From assembly GCA_000934665.2 (NCBI GenBank), contig KZ538471.1, forward strand, positions 1 through 64,000: DNA of 64,000 nucleotides, in the 5' to 3' direction. The position numbers were made by a program, and so were the translations under genes. The DNA is from Catajapyx aquilonaris (taxonomy: Eukaryota). The notes beneath the pieces are model-generated. The model ran no database searches. It was not told the origin of the DNA and worked only from the letters and a program-made list of their open reading frames with translations. Positions 1 to 10,900 of the stretch are shown one piece after another (the stretch's first letter is position 1; every line of letters begins with the position of its first letter).

Positions 1-253
1 TTTATTATCCTATTAACTGTTTCCAATACTCTCCTTTCTGAACTTCTGATGGCAGATTTGAATTCTGCAGTGTTGTTACCCTATGTTTGCATGCAAATTT
101 TTTCCCAGAGTGTTTATAATTCTGCTGAATGTGATGCAAAAGTAAGAGAAATTATTATGATTCATCAACCTAATGATGCCAAATTTTTATCCAGACATAG
201 GTTATCAACAATGAGAAATGCGATTTTACAGTAAAAATGTGGAAAAAGTCTGA

Positions 254-345
254 ACTGTTGATGATTTTTTAAAAGTCCAAGACTTCTTGGAGATATTAGG
301 AAATGACTGGAAGCAAAAAGCAAAAACAGATGATGGTTGTATCTA
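254..345 (+). mobile_element. possible degraded 3' end of an RTE-type LINE
   Basis: Translates TVDDFLKVQDFLEILGNDWKQKAKTDDGCI*, loosely like the W..A.DR..W C-terminus of RTE ORFs. Recalled similarity only; no alignment run. Confidence 0.2.
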
Positions 346-1030
346 GAGGCAAGAGTGCCACCAAAATCAGTCTGGAGACCCGCAGACTTTTTCCTCACTG
401 CCCAGGCATACTCCTATGTTTTACTCCTATATCCACACTGGTTAAAAGGACGATGAGATGGAGGAGTTGGCCCATTTCCATGGAGGTCCCTGAGCCGGGC
501 TTAAGATTTTGAAGTGAAAGTTAGAAGTTCCGTCCATGGAAAGACATAGTAATAATTCAAATCAATCTTTTATTCCAAATTTTTAAAGCATTATTTGTTT
601 ATTCTTGCTAGTGTACAGTACTCTTCATCTGCAATTTCGTATCACACAAAACAAGCACAGCTGTCACAACTTCCAACATGACTCATTTTTAATGTTAAGT
701 TGCACTCAGGATTATGAACCTTTAAAAACAATGGGATTCCAGAGTAATGTGCGTGCGGACAGCTAACACATATCAAGTCTCTTGATTGATGTTGTTTATA
801 CAATGACAAGGCAGTAATGTAGCAAGTTTGTAGAGAGCTTCAATTTAGAACAAGGTGGCTGATTTCTGATTCTGTATAGTATTGCAAATGCAATTTAAGC
901 AGCAACTGCTTGTGAATGCTGGTTGAACTTGGAATCTGCTGTCTATACTGGTGTGCGAAAATTGATTTGTTATGGGAATTTTAAAAATTGTGTGTAAATT
1001 TAGCATTACTTTCACTACTTTATATCATAA

Positions 1031-1280
1031 CTAGGAAAACCCTCGCTCCGCTCGTATTTTCCTAGGGCGCTGGCCTTGAAAACCGCTCGCTTCGCTCGCT
1101 CTTTTCTCGGCCTGCGGCCTACAGTGCCCAATTCTTTTTCAATCTCTTCGGACTTATTGCCAGTGATGATGCCAATCACATCAACCCCCCCCCCNGCCAA
1201 TGGGGAGGTGGCGGCAATAATACGGGGGCGGACCAATCGGAGGGCTCGGCGGCCGTCCGCAAGCATTTTAATATTATAGA
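1031..1280 (-). mobile_element. non-autonomous Helitron, 250 bp
   Basis: Minus strand starts TCTATAATATTAAAATG and ends GGTTTTCCTAG, inserted between A and T with no TSD. Subterminal GAGCGAAGCGAG/GAGCGGAGCGAG motifs and a 3' hairpin (CTAGGAAAA 1031-1039 / TTTTCCTAG 1057-1065). CpG-rich against CpG-poor flanks. Confidence 0.8.
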
Positions 1281-1329
1281 TATGATGATTGTGCTTCATC
1301 ATAATTTAGCTTACATCAGCAGAAATGTT

Positions 1330-1490
1330 ACATATGTCCACAAGTAGTCCTGATGGAACCCTGAAGGCAAGGAGAGGAGAAAGGGAATTGCCGATGGGCT
1401 GCACAGGGAAGGTGCTTGTTTGGTTCTTCTGATGGACTAAAATTTGACATGCTTGGGAATACTAGCTGGTGCAGAAGTGTCCGTGACATT
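1330..1490 (+). mobile_element. possible degraded 3' end of an RTE-type LINE
   Basis: Frameshifted fragments PQVVL / WNPEGK / LGNTSWCRSVRD resemble the L.W.P.G.R.RGRP...W...LG...W...DR RTE C-terminal pattern. Confidence 0.25.
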
Positions 1491-2846
1491 TCCATTTATA
1501 CAGGTGTAAGCTTAATTATTAAACACGTGTGGTATACCATAATAATGCATTTCCTTCACTTCTACATACTGTGAAGGGCAACTATGTTTGGCTTTATGTA
1601 ACCAGTACCAGTCAATTGTGGTGTACAGGGACATTGTTTATGACAACTGTTACAGTCCATATGCCATGAAAATTGAATCCATTATATGCTCTTGAGTTGT
1701 AATGACCTTGCAATATGCACATTTAGGAAGCAGATGCTATGCTCCCTGTACAAGTGGAGCAGAATTAAAGCAGGGAGGAGCCAGGTTCATGGTAGCTAAA
1801 GATGTGTTTGCCCATGGTCCTTTCTGAGATCTCCAGTTCATAGACTGTATTAACCACCTAGATATGAAGTACCATAAAATACCTTGTTACACTCGTAATG
1901 TTTGCTTCAAACATTCTCACAGGGACCCAGCCTCTATGAACAATTGTCATCTTCTACGTAGCTAATCATCCCCTTGTCATCATGTTTTTCTCTGCTGCTA
2001 GCTAAGACTCAAAAAGTTACAGTTACGTTCGGCTTCAAGAGAAGCTGCTCTATGTAGGGCATAAGTCAAGTAGGGGAGAAGTTTGTTCTTTGGAGTATTG
2101 GTGTACTTCTTTGTATTGAGTGTCACCAGTCACCACCCCATTAAAAACATAAGAGGTAGCTGTATCACATTGCACAGTTAATCAGTAGAGACTCCGTTTT
2201 AGCTCCTGACAGTCCATAAGAAGTTGTGAAAAGTCAAAGCTGGGCTTTTAATTTAGGTGCAGGTATTATATGAAGGTAATTATTTTTGCCCTGGGGTTAT
2301 GAAATATATATTTTAATTTTACCAGCCTCAGGCAAAGGGGAAAAAGTATATTTTTGCTTAAAAATCTGCCACTACTATAAATGAGCAACAATTTCTTGCA
2401 ATAGCACATCGTAGACTTGGAATTAAGGCCCTGGTGTCCTATTTCAGGTGCCCCTAGTTTAATGTACAAGTTGGATAGACAATATCATGAGTAACCTATA
2501 GGTGACACTCATATCTTTTCATGTAAAATTACCTTCTAACAAGGACAGTATAGATGCCTGGTGGCAAATATCAGGCATCGGAGAGAATGAAATATTGACA
2601 TATTAATTTTAACTTTTTAACATCAGTTGGACAAATGTACAGTGTCAAGCATCATGGTATTATGAGACTTGACTCTCATTTGAGCATGTAGGAAGCTGTT
2701 ATGAGGCTTAAGGACTTAGCTAAAGCTTACTTACTTAGCTTGAGGGGATAGTGTCATAATAAGATATTTCAGATTGGATTGTGATGATAGTTTGATACAA
2801 TATGTGGGAAGCATTGATGGAATGTATTGCATTTGGTAGACATTGG

Positions 2847-3001
2847 GGGAGGCACGGTGGCCGAGATGGTAACGTCTCGGCTTGCTGTGCGAAAGGTCCC
2901 GGGTTCAAATCCCCACCCGGGAACAAACCTTTCGCTTGCGTCAATGGGTCATGGTCGTGGTTTTAGGGGGTGGTAACCCACTGTAAATTCCATTTTTCCA
3001 A
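2847..3001 (+). mobile_element. tRNA-derived SINE, copy A of an inverted pair
   Basis: A-box TGGCCGAGATGG (2858-2869) and B-box GGTTCAAATCC (2902-2912). The anticodon and acceptor arms do not pair. Matches the reverse complement of 3089-3266. Confidence 0.7.
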
Positions 3002-3088
3002 TTTTTCTTCAACTCCAGTGCAAGGTCAAAAGGACATTGGGTAGGGATGGGGATTTTTTGGGGCGGGGACACAGGTGCAGGTACAATG

Positions 3089-3266
3089 TTGGAAAATGGG
3101 TCATGTGCAGTTCCACAGGAGGCTAGGTTGGCAGACACCTCCAAGGTGCCGGTCAGAGACCCTCATCCTGATGAAGGCGAAAGGGAACTCCCGGGGGGGG
3201 GGGATTGAACCCGGGACCTTTCACTCAGCAAGCCGAGTCGTTACCAACTTGGCCACCACACCTCCC
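3089..3266 (-). mobile_element. tRNA-derived SINE, copy B of an inverted pair
   Basis: Minus strand GGGAGGTGTGGTGGCCAAGTTGGTAACGACTCGGCTTGCTGAGTGAAAGGTCCCGGGTTCAATCCC; 54 of the first 62 nt are identical to copy A (hand alignment). Confidence 0.7.
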
Positions 3267-3439
3267 GCATGATGCAATTCAAGACTGAATTGAAATATGT
3301 GATCATATGTGATTAATATTATTATACAGTTAAGAGGTTATGGCTTAGTCCTTAGTGAGTTAGCATAACATTGGGATCCCTATAAACACATAACCAATTC
3401 ACAAAATGATTTACAAATAAACCTTTTCATTGATTTCAG

Positions 3440-3477
3440 GTCACCAGGCGTAACTCTTCAAGTGGCAGTCTATATTG
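3440..3477 (+). other. candidate 38-nt spliced exon (possibly 5' UTR)
   Basis: Acceptor CCTTTTCATTGATTTCAG (AG 3438-3439) and donor TTG|GTGAGT (3478-3483); lies within the CpG-depleted segment. Confidence 0.35.
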
Positions 3478-3794
3478 GTGAGTCGGCTAAACTTACTTAG
3501 GCGCCTTAGAAATGTGCATGCAAGGCACACATCAAGCATAAAAAATGAGAAAAGTTTGCAAACTTAATATTTATGGAAGCAAGTTTTCATGAACATCAAG
3601 TATACAAACCTGCAAGAGGTAGTGGATAACGCCCTTCAGAGTTACTTATAATCTTGGATTGACTAATGAGAAGAAGTTGATGAAACTATCGACCTGTTTA
3701 CTTCCTTCAGGGCTAGCTGGGAAAGTTAGCTCTCACAATTCGGCTAATGGAAAATGAAAATGAGTAGTGGAAGTAGGCAAGCCAAAAAATATGG

Positions 3795-4262
3795 GCGCCT
3801 AATTTCAGAACTCCTCTAAAGTCGAGTTAGCCCAGCAGAGTTTAATGGGACATTTTTTTTCTCTCCATCTCAGAGACCCATTGTAAGTGGCCCACAAATT
3901 TGGGTTAAGAGGACACTCCATGGACACTTTGACATGGGTCCATGCTGCACGGATGAGATACTCCGCCGCAAGTATCGACCAAATTTGCAGGGGGGAAAAA
4001 GCTAGGCTTGCTCGCTGGTGACATCTTTCTCCAGCGAGGTCAAGTCCAAAGCCGATCGAACGAAGCATTGCACGCGTTTTCATGGGCAACGGAAGCAACT
4101 AGGGTGGGATAATGGTGATTAATTGCCGTTTGTGTGACGTATTACTGAATCACAGGGCTGGCCCAATTTGCGCCTAATTTTTAGCACCATCTAAAAGTTT
4201 GGCCGCTTTCAAATGTGGCAGGTGGAAAAAGCCTTTACGCTTAATTGGAGATTTTTACCGTA
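3795..4262. mobile_element. possible one-ended DNA transposon relic
   Basis: Right end CGCTTAATTGGAGATTTTTACCG-TA looks like a TA-flanked TIR, with related GCGCCTAATTT copies at 3795 and 4170. No partner TIR found. Confidence 0.2.
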
Positions 4263-6317
4263 ATTAATACACACTAATTTTGTGCAGTCGATTTCCTCAG
4301 CTTAATAACTGCAGGCTGAGCAAGAGGCGGAGTTATTAAAAGTAAATAGTACCACTAGATGCTTGATAACCCAGTAGTTTGACCTTGCCACCGAGTCTTG
4401 TAATGCAAGCGGTGGGGTCGAAAATAGACAACAATGAATGACTTACGAGGAAGTTCATGTGACCCTGGACTGTGTTCCATACGTATAGATTGCATGGCGC
4501 GGTATAGTTTAGAGGAAAGTGCTGCAATTTATGTGCGGGCAAAGACATTACAGGTGCACCGATCGGACACAATCGAAATCAATACATGATCGATGGAGGT
4601 CTTCATGCAGAGTGAAAATGCCGATACTCGTGCATTATTAGACCCGTTCATTTGTCACATGGAACATGACTCTGCATTGCGGCGCTGGAAGTAAGCAAAA
4701 ATAATAACCGGTGCGTGTTCTTGGATATTGGTCTCGTGCGTGGGCAATCATTTGTTATGGCCTATCTGTCAGAAATGACGTACGAAGAAGCCCGAATAAG
4801 ATTCGACCCTGTCATCATATTAGTTGTGGGAAAACAAGGTAGCTTATTTGTGGCAAACGAGGCGGAAGCTCATTGCCTAACCCAGGTATTCAAATGCGGA
4901 TGAAAAGGTCGGGATATAAACCCTGCATTCATTCGAGTTTTCCAGGAATTTCAGGCCTGGAAAATATGCTCTTGAGAGAACGACCTACTTCGGGACAAAT
5001 ATGCAATCGGTCGAAGATCAGGTTCATCTGGTCGAGCATACTGTTGAATGATACTGAAACGTGAATTGCGGTTGATTGCGTTTCCTGCACGTGTCGAGGA
5101 AAGTGGTGTGTATATAACCCTGGAGAGTTGAAAGGAAATAAGCGATTTTCATCGTATTTATCCGGCTCGTTATGTCATTCAGAGTTAAGGGAGGTCGACA
5201 TACCCGGGTTGCTGCTTACAATATGCTCTTGAAAAGGGTCACCTATTATTGCTTCCATTTGGTTATCACAATTTGGTTACTGTTTGTTCTATTTGTATTA
5301 TGTATATAGGGAATGTAAACGGAAAGTGTCATTAGGCAGGGTCGTCAACCTTGCCTCATTCATAGTAAATCATGAAATGATTGTCGAGTTTAAAAAAATA
5401 CGCGAGTGATTGGTTCTTTTATAGTAACGATGATTATTTATAGGTACTAATGTTGCGCAGGTTTAGTAGCTGGGTAAACCGCAATTGCAAATGGGTCATT
5501 TCAGGCTGCGACGGGTTTTGAGTCAGTAATAGTTCGATGAAATTTTTCGAGATGTCAGTTTCAGGTGAACTGGAGCATGAAAGTGCAGAATTTTCAGGAA
5601 GGCTCTTAAATGAAATTATTGTGAGGATCATTCGTGCGTGTACGAAGTTTATAGTTTCAAGGCTGGTTGTTAGTAAAAATCACACAATTTTAGCAGATAA
5701 CCATTCAAAATGTTTTGCACCTTGCAAGGATTAGGTTGTTACTTTTTTTTGTTCGCGTATGCTGTATTCGCCACCAGCCATGGCCACTGCTCGTCACCAC
5801 CTTGTCGCGAAGGCCACGGACAAGGTTTTAGGAATTTTCAGGACACTTCAGCTCCCGAAATCACCGTTTAACCAACCTTTCAAGCACAACGAAAACGCCA
5901 AAAAAAAAAAAAAAATCCTATCCTTGAGAACCGCTGACGGAAAAATTATGATTAGTTGTGGCAGTCGTGGGTCCCTTTGCTGTACAAATGAGAACTGTCA
6001 AGAACGATCAGGGAATTAATCAGAGTTCCTTCAGGCTCAAGTGCTTCGCGGCACCCACGCTTTTTACCACATCATTTTCTCCAAATATTTCATATAGATT
6101 CGATTGCACATTAGATCGTGTGGTTTATTTTTGTGTATATGTTAGAGCTTCGAGGTGGTGGGTGGGTTCGGTTTCCTAATCCGGAATTACGAGCCCTGCC
6201 AACTGAATAGACACATGCCCAGGCAGAAACGAATTGTGTGGTTGCCTCTTGATGCCTTTTGCAGTTCCAGGAAATTCAGTGCGTGATATTTTAACGCTGA
6301 CTTTTTTTTTCTTTATT

Positions 6318-6361
6318 CCCCCCCCCCCCCCCCCCCNNNNNNNNNCCCCCCCCCCCCCCCC
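6318..6361. other. poly-C tract with assembly gap (N 6337-6345)
   Basis: Seen directly. Confidence 0.95.
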
Positions 6362-7965
6362 ACCTCTGATTTATATTTATTTTTTTGTTCGTTTGGCTTG
6401 TGGGTAGGGGGGGCGGGGAACGCGTTTTTCAAAGGGGGGTAAGGCCAGGTTGGGGAGGTGGGAACAAAGTTGTCACATGCAAGCTTCTCTCTCGTGCCTT
6501 TGTTGATTCACAGAATGCATTAATTATAGAGTGGTGGTCCCGCAGGTGATTTGCCATGATTGCAGGCGCGTTCGCCTGATTGAAGAACAGGTGCAGAAAA
6601 AACGGGCATCTTGGAATAGATTCCTGGTGTATGTGTAATTTTGCGCAGGTTGATGTGCCTGGTGCAGAATTCGGAACGTTTCGTAATTGAGTTGCGGATG
6701 AGGTACACAAAGTAATACCAGAGATACAAAGCGCACTGTATGCTGAGATTCTAATTATTCCTAATGAAATTCTATATACTACTGTGGTGCCAGGGACTGT
6801 AATGAAAATCCGCATGTATTATTGTACTGTACAAAGAAACTAATTATAACAGTGGTCTTTGTACCCATTTTGCATATCTTACCATATGAAGTTATGTGGA
6901 ATGGAAATTTCAGTCGGTATTTTATCATTGTCATTTTAATGCTGTGTAACATGCAGGACAGGATCTTTTGGTAATAACGATGCAGTAATTAAGATTAAAT
7001 GATTTTATAATTTTAGCGGCAGAATAGTTGGGAAGTAATTAGCCTTAATCAGAGAGTGAAATATAACAATGTTATTTTGCGTCCGAGAAGCATATTTGGG
7101 TGATTTTCTTACATATCTAATGAGATTGCAGTTTGATTATGAACTACATGGCAACACCCTTGTTTTAAATTAACAGGGCAAGTTTACGCGGAATGGCTCA
7201 CTCCTGACAAGATATTTTTTACCATGTTTTTGAAGCTATTTATTTCGATAATGTGGCTGCTAAAGCTAGGGTTTTATGACAAATTATCTTCTGATTCCCA
7301 GTTCGTCGACGTCATTATCTGAAACACCCTATAAAGAGTATACGGTTACAGAGCAGAAAGTACAGTAATTTGAAAAGAAACTGTCAAGGTGCTTGTATAG
7401 TAGCAGGATTGAGTGAGAGAACGCAGAAACTCCACGTAGTCAACTGGCATTGTGTTATTTCAAATCCAGCCGGAACCGAATATTTTCCACACCAGTTACA
7501 GTTCGGTCAGTAATACACCGAGCATGTACAGTGCGTAATAATCCGAACGATATCTGCATTAGCAGCAACCTCCCGGTGCGGGTAGCCCCCATTGTAAAAT
7601 CCATCCTCTAAAACCCCCCATCTCCCGGCCTGGAAAATGCAATTCGCCAACGCTTTTGCAGGTCTGTATACCTGTTTCATTGACCCGCAATGGGGCAGCT
7701 CTCCTCTCTTCTTCTTCTTCTTTTTTTTTTTGCAAAATTTTTTTGTGTGCGAATTCAGCCCGTCGTCCTTGGAAGCCTCACTCCAAGTATAGCAAATGTG
7801 CACAGGCGCATTGCGGCAAATCGATCTCGTTCAAGGCCAGCAGAAGGACAACGGAAGGGGTTTTTCGGAGGGGGTGGGTTTGGGAGGATGGAAGGCCGCC
7901 GCACTGTAGGGCTTCAAAGGGAAAAACACTTGCTATTCGCCCCGGGAGAGTGGGCAAAAATTGGC

Positions 7966-7967
<2 letters not shown>

Positions 7968-7997
<30 letters not shown>
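7968..7997. repeat. (AT)n microsatellite
   Basis: Seen directly. Confidence 0.95.
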
Positions 7998-7999
<2 letters not shown>

Positions 8000-10900
8000 G
8001 GAGGTTGGTTTCCCGACTTGATTTCAAGGCGGAATGGTTATATGCGGGAACTCTGGGCAGGTTGACAGTTTATATTGCGAAAATGTGGGAAATCTGGCTA
8101 GATGGGGACACGCAATGAAATGTTGGACATCACGCACGCACGATTTGGACGACGGCGCGGGGCCTGCAATGCATTATTCAGTGGATTCCACTTTTTTTGA
8201 GAAGCCGATATATGTATGGTGAATGGCAGGGTGAGCTTTAAATGCGCGGTTTGTAAGGTCATGGCTTATAGGACAGGATGCAACAATGGGTTTGATTGAA
8301 TTCAGAGACAGATATATAATACACGTGGGTCTATTTCCGTGCATAGAAAGGTTGAAGGCCGACCTTTTGACCAGTAAGCCACTGCCATAGAGTATATAGA
8401 AACTGTCCTAAGTGACGTGTTTTGCAACTTGCACAGTGGCAACGCTACCTAGCACGACATCAATATATGGATGTTATGCCCACAGGTGCATTGGAGAGCA
8501 ATTGTCGCTCAGCATGTGAGTAGGCAGCGACTTGTTTCGTATATATGGAATGCATTAAACGTTGGCTATACTTTCAGTAGAAAGGGGTCGAAAATAAATT
8601 TGGAAATCCGGTATTTTGCACGGTCAATAACCGCTGAATGTGAGGCGCATCTTACTGAACCCAAATAAAAGGGTAGGATAGGAAAATGTAAACAAACTCG
8701 ACCAGGAGTACTGGAGTGCAACATCAACCAGTAGGTGAAAGTACGAAATTATTAATAATTCTAGAATGTAAGTGATTTTCGCATAAAGCGTTGCTATATC
8801 AATAACTTTCACTCCTTAACTGCGAGCACGTCGTGCCTACTTGAGTGTTACATTAAGTTCTATGAAATAGAAACAATGGAAACGCTTGTGTTGCCATTTA
8901 TCGTGCTCGAATGCGACCTCTTGTCATATACATAAGCGCAAACACCACCTGTCAAGAACTGCCTAACATTGATTCGTTTGAACAATTATTCTCGCTTTCA
9001 ACCTGAGCTACTTGGAAGCGTGAGAGCCCTTTAGCAGCTGCAATATTCCAGAAGCACTGTAATTCAATGAGGCCTTCAAGTGGTATACGGCAACGGATTT
9101 CTTCAGTTCTTCTTGCACAGCTTGGGGCCGATAAGAAAGAAAAAGACTCACAATAACGACGATACTGTTTGCGTTTGATCTTCTCAGTGTGATTAATTCT
9201 TCCGCCGGAAAAGGTAATTGAAACGGTTGTATCAGCAGGATTCGATCCCTTTGAAGCGAGGAGAACCGATTTTCGCCAAATATGATGCGCGATTTGTCAC
9301 AATTTCTTAAAACCGGAGCGCCGGCCCTTCGTCATTTCGCGCCATTATAATTTCTCCGGCGAGGATGGCAGAAGCTCCGCAGGGATTCTATAGCCCCGTC
9401 TGGATTAATTATTATCACCCGTAATTGCACCTGAGTTATCACGTTTCAGCTCATTAGGGTAATTTGAGCATATAAATTGCACGCAGGCTTTTAAAAATGA
9501 AGCTCCCTTAATGCAAGATTGGCCAATGGGAATAGTGGTTGTGGATATTGTGGTTATGACAATCGACATATTAAAATTATTGCCCAGTTTCAGGATTGTA
9601 GTGTACACATTATTATGTTATGTCATAGGTTTAAAAAAAAAATGTGAAAATTTGCCCGATATTATTATCGCCCAGCGGTGTCCTTGCGGAAATGATCAGC
9701 TCGGCAATTTCTTCGAGAAATACAGTTCGTCAGCAGGGACTGCAAGCTGGAAGTACCTTGGCGTTTTTTCTGGACAAGAAAGCCCTGCTGGTTGATCCAT
9801 GAACTCCGGGAGATCCCTCCGGACCTGTCCTGCCAATGATCCCTCTCAGATCCCCCCCTACTTTTTTTTGTCCCTCCGGACTCTACCTCTATTCAACACA
9901 CCATTCCGGAGACCCAGGAAGAAAACATTTTCCCATCAGGATATCGCTTCCTTGACTCTCTCATCTCAGAAGTCTTTTAGCGCAAGATCAACATGATAGG
10001 TCCATATTGATTCTTACAGTATATTTTCTACCTTTACGTTCCAAGCAACTGAAGATTTCTAGGTATTCACTGGAATGGACGCGAGTCTGTACATGATGGG
10101 GACCCCATCAGAGATGTCTTTAAAATGACGTCCACTGTCGTATAGAAGCAAGTGACGAGAGAAGCTCTAGTCATACAGTTCAATGCGGTTCAATGCCTGG
10201 GTTTGCAATTGGCGTCAACATTTCAAGGGTATTGATCTACAGTATTATGAAAAGCGTAGGCAACGACGGAAAAGGAATTGATGGCGCAAAAAAAAGAAAA
10301 CGGAGAGGAGGGGAAAAAACCTGCGGCTGTTCACAATGGCAAATATTAATTTAGTTCCTTCCTTTTCAAATGCAGTGTATCAAACAGGCTTCGTTCTCGC
10401 ATAGGGCATGTTTGAGTAATTCAATACCGCGTGGGAAGCTCGGCAAGACGACAATAATTTTCGCAATTTCCAGCTCGTAATGGGGTGGTATTTTCCGACC
10501 CAACTCGGCGGAATAAATACTGAAAATTGCGGCATGTATACTGTGGTAGGAGGCTAATGACGTCATGCGAGGCTCCAGTCGATGGATTGCAATGTCGTTT
10601 ACCTCCATATAAGGATAGGAGCGGCGCATCAATCTTTCAGGAGTTAAACACAGAGCCCCAAACACCTAATGACGATTAAGCCTATATATCGACAGGGGCT
10701 TTTGTGGGACGCTCACAATGGCCGCCGGCTCTTCTGTCTGTCACTTTTTGTCACCTAGTTTTTGTGCCAGGAGGAGATTCGATTGGCAGCGTTATTGATG
10801 GAGACGAAAATTTATTGGCCGTGTGATTGTGAGGACAGCCGCCGGCCAAAATTCTGATGCTGGTATAGATTCAAGAAGGGGAAGTGCATGGAAAGGGTAA

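Noticed and set aside
3168..3182. Hammerhead ribozyme core CTGATGA...GAAA
   Set aside because: Only AGGC lies between the motifs (no stem II), no stems I/III were found, and the sister copy lacks the core.
2847..3266. Functional tRNA genes
   Set aside because: Acceptor and anticodon stems do not pair properly and the shared sequence extends well beyond the tRNA-like head, so these are SINEs. The 25328 copy has a TSD and a SINE body.
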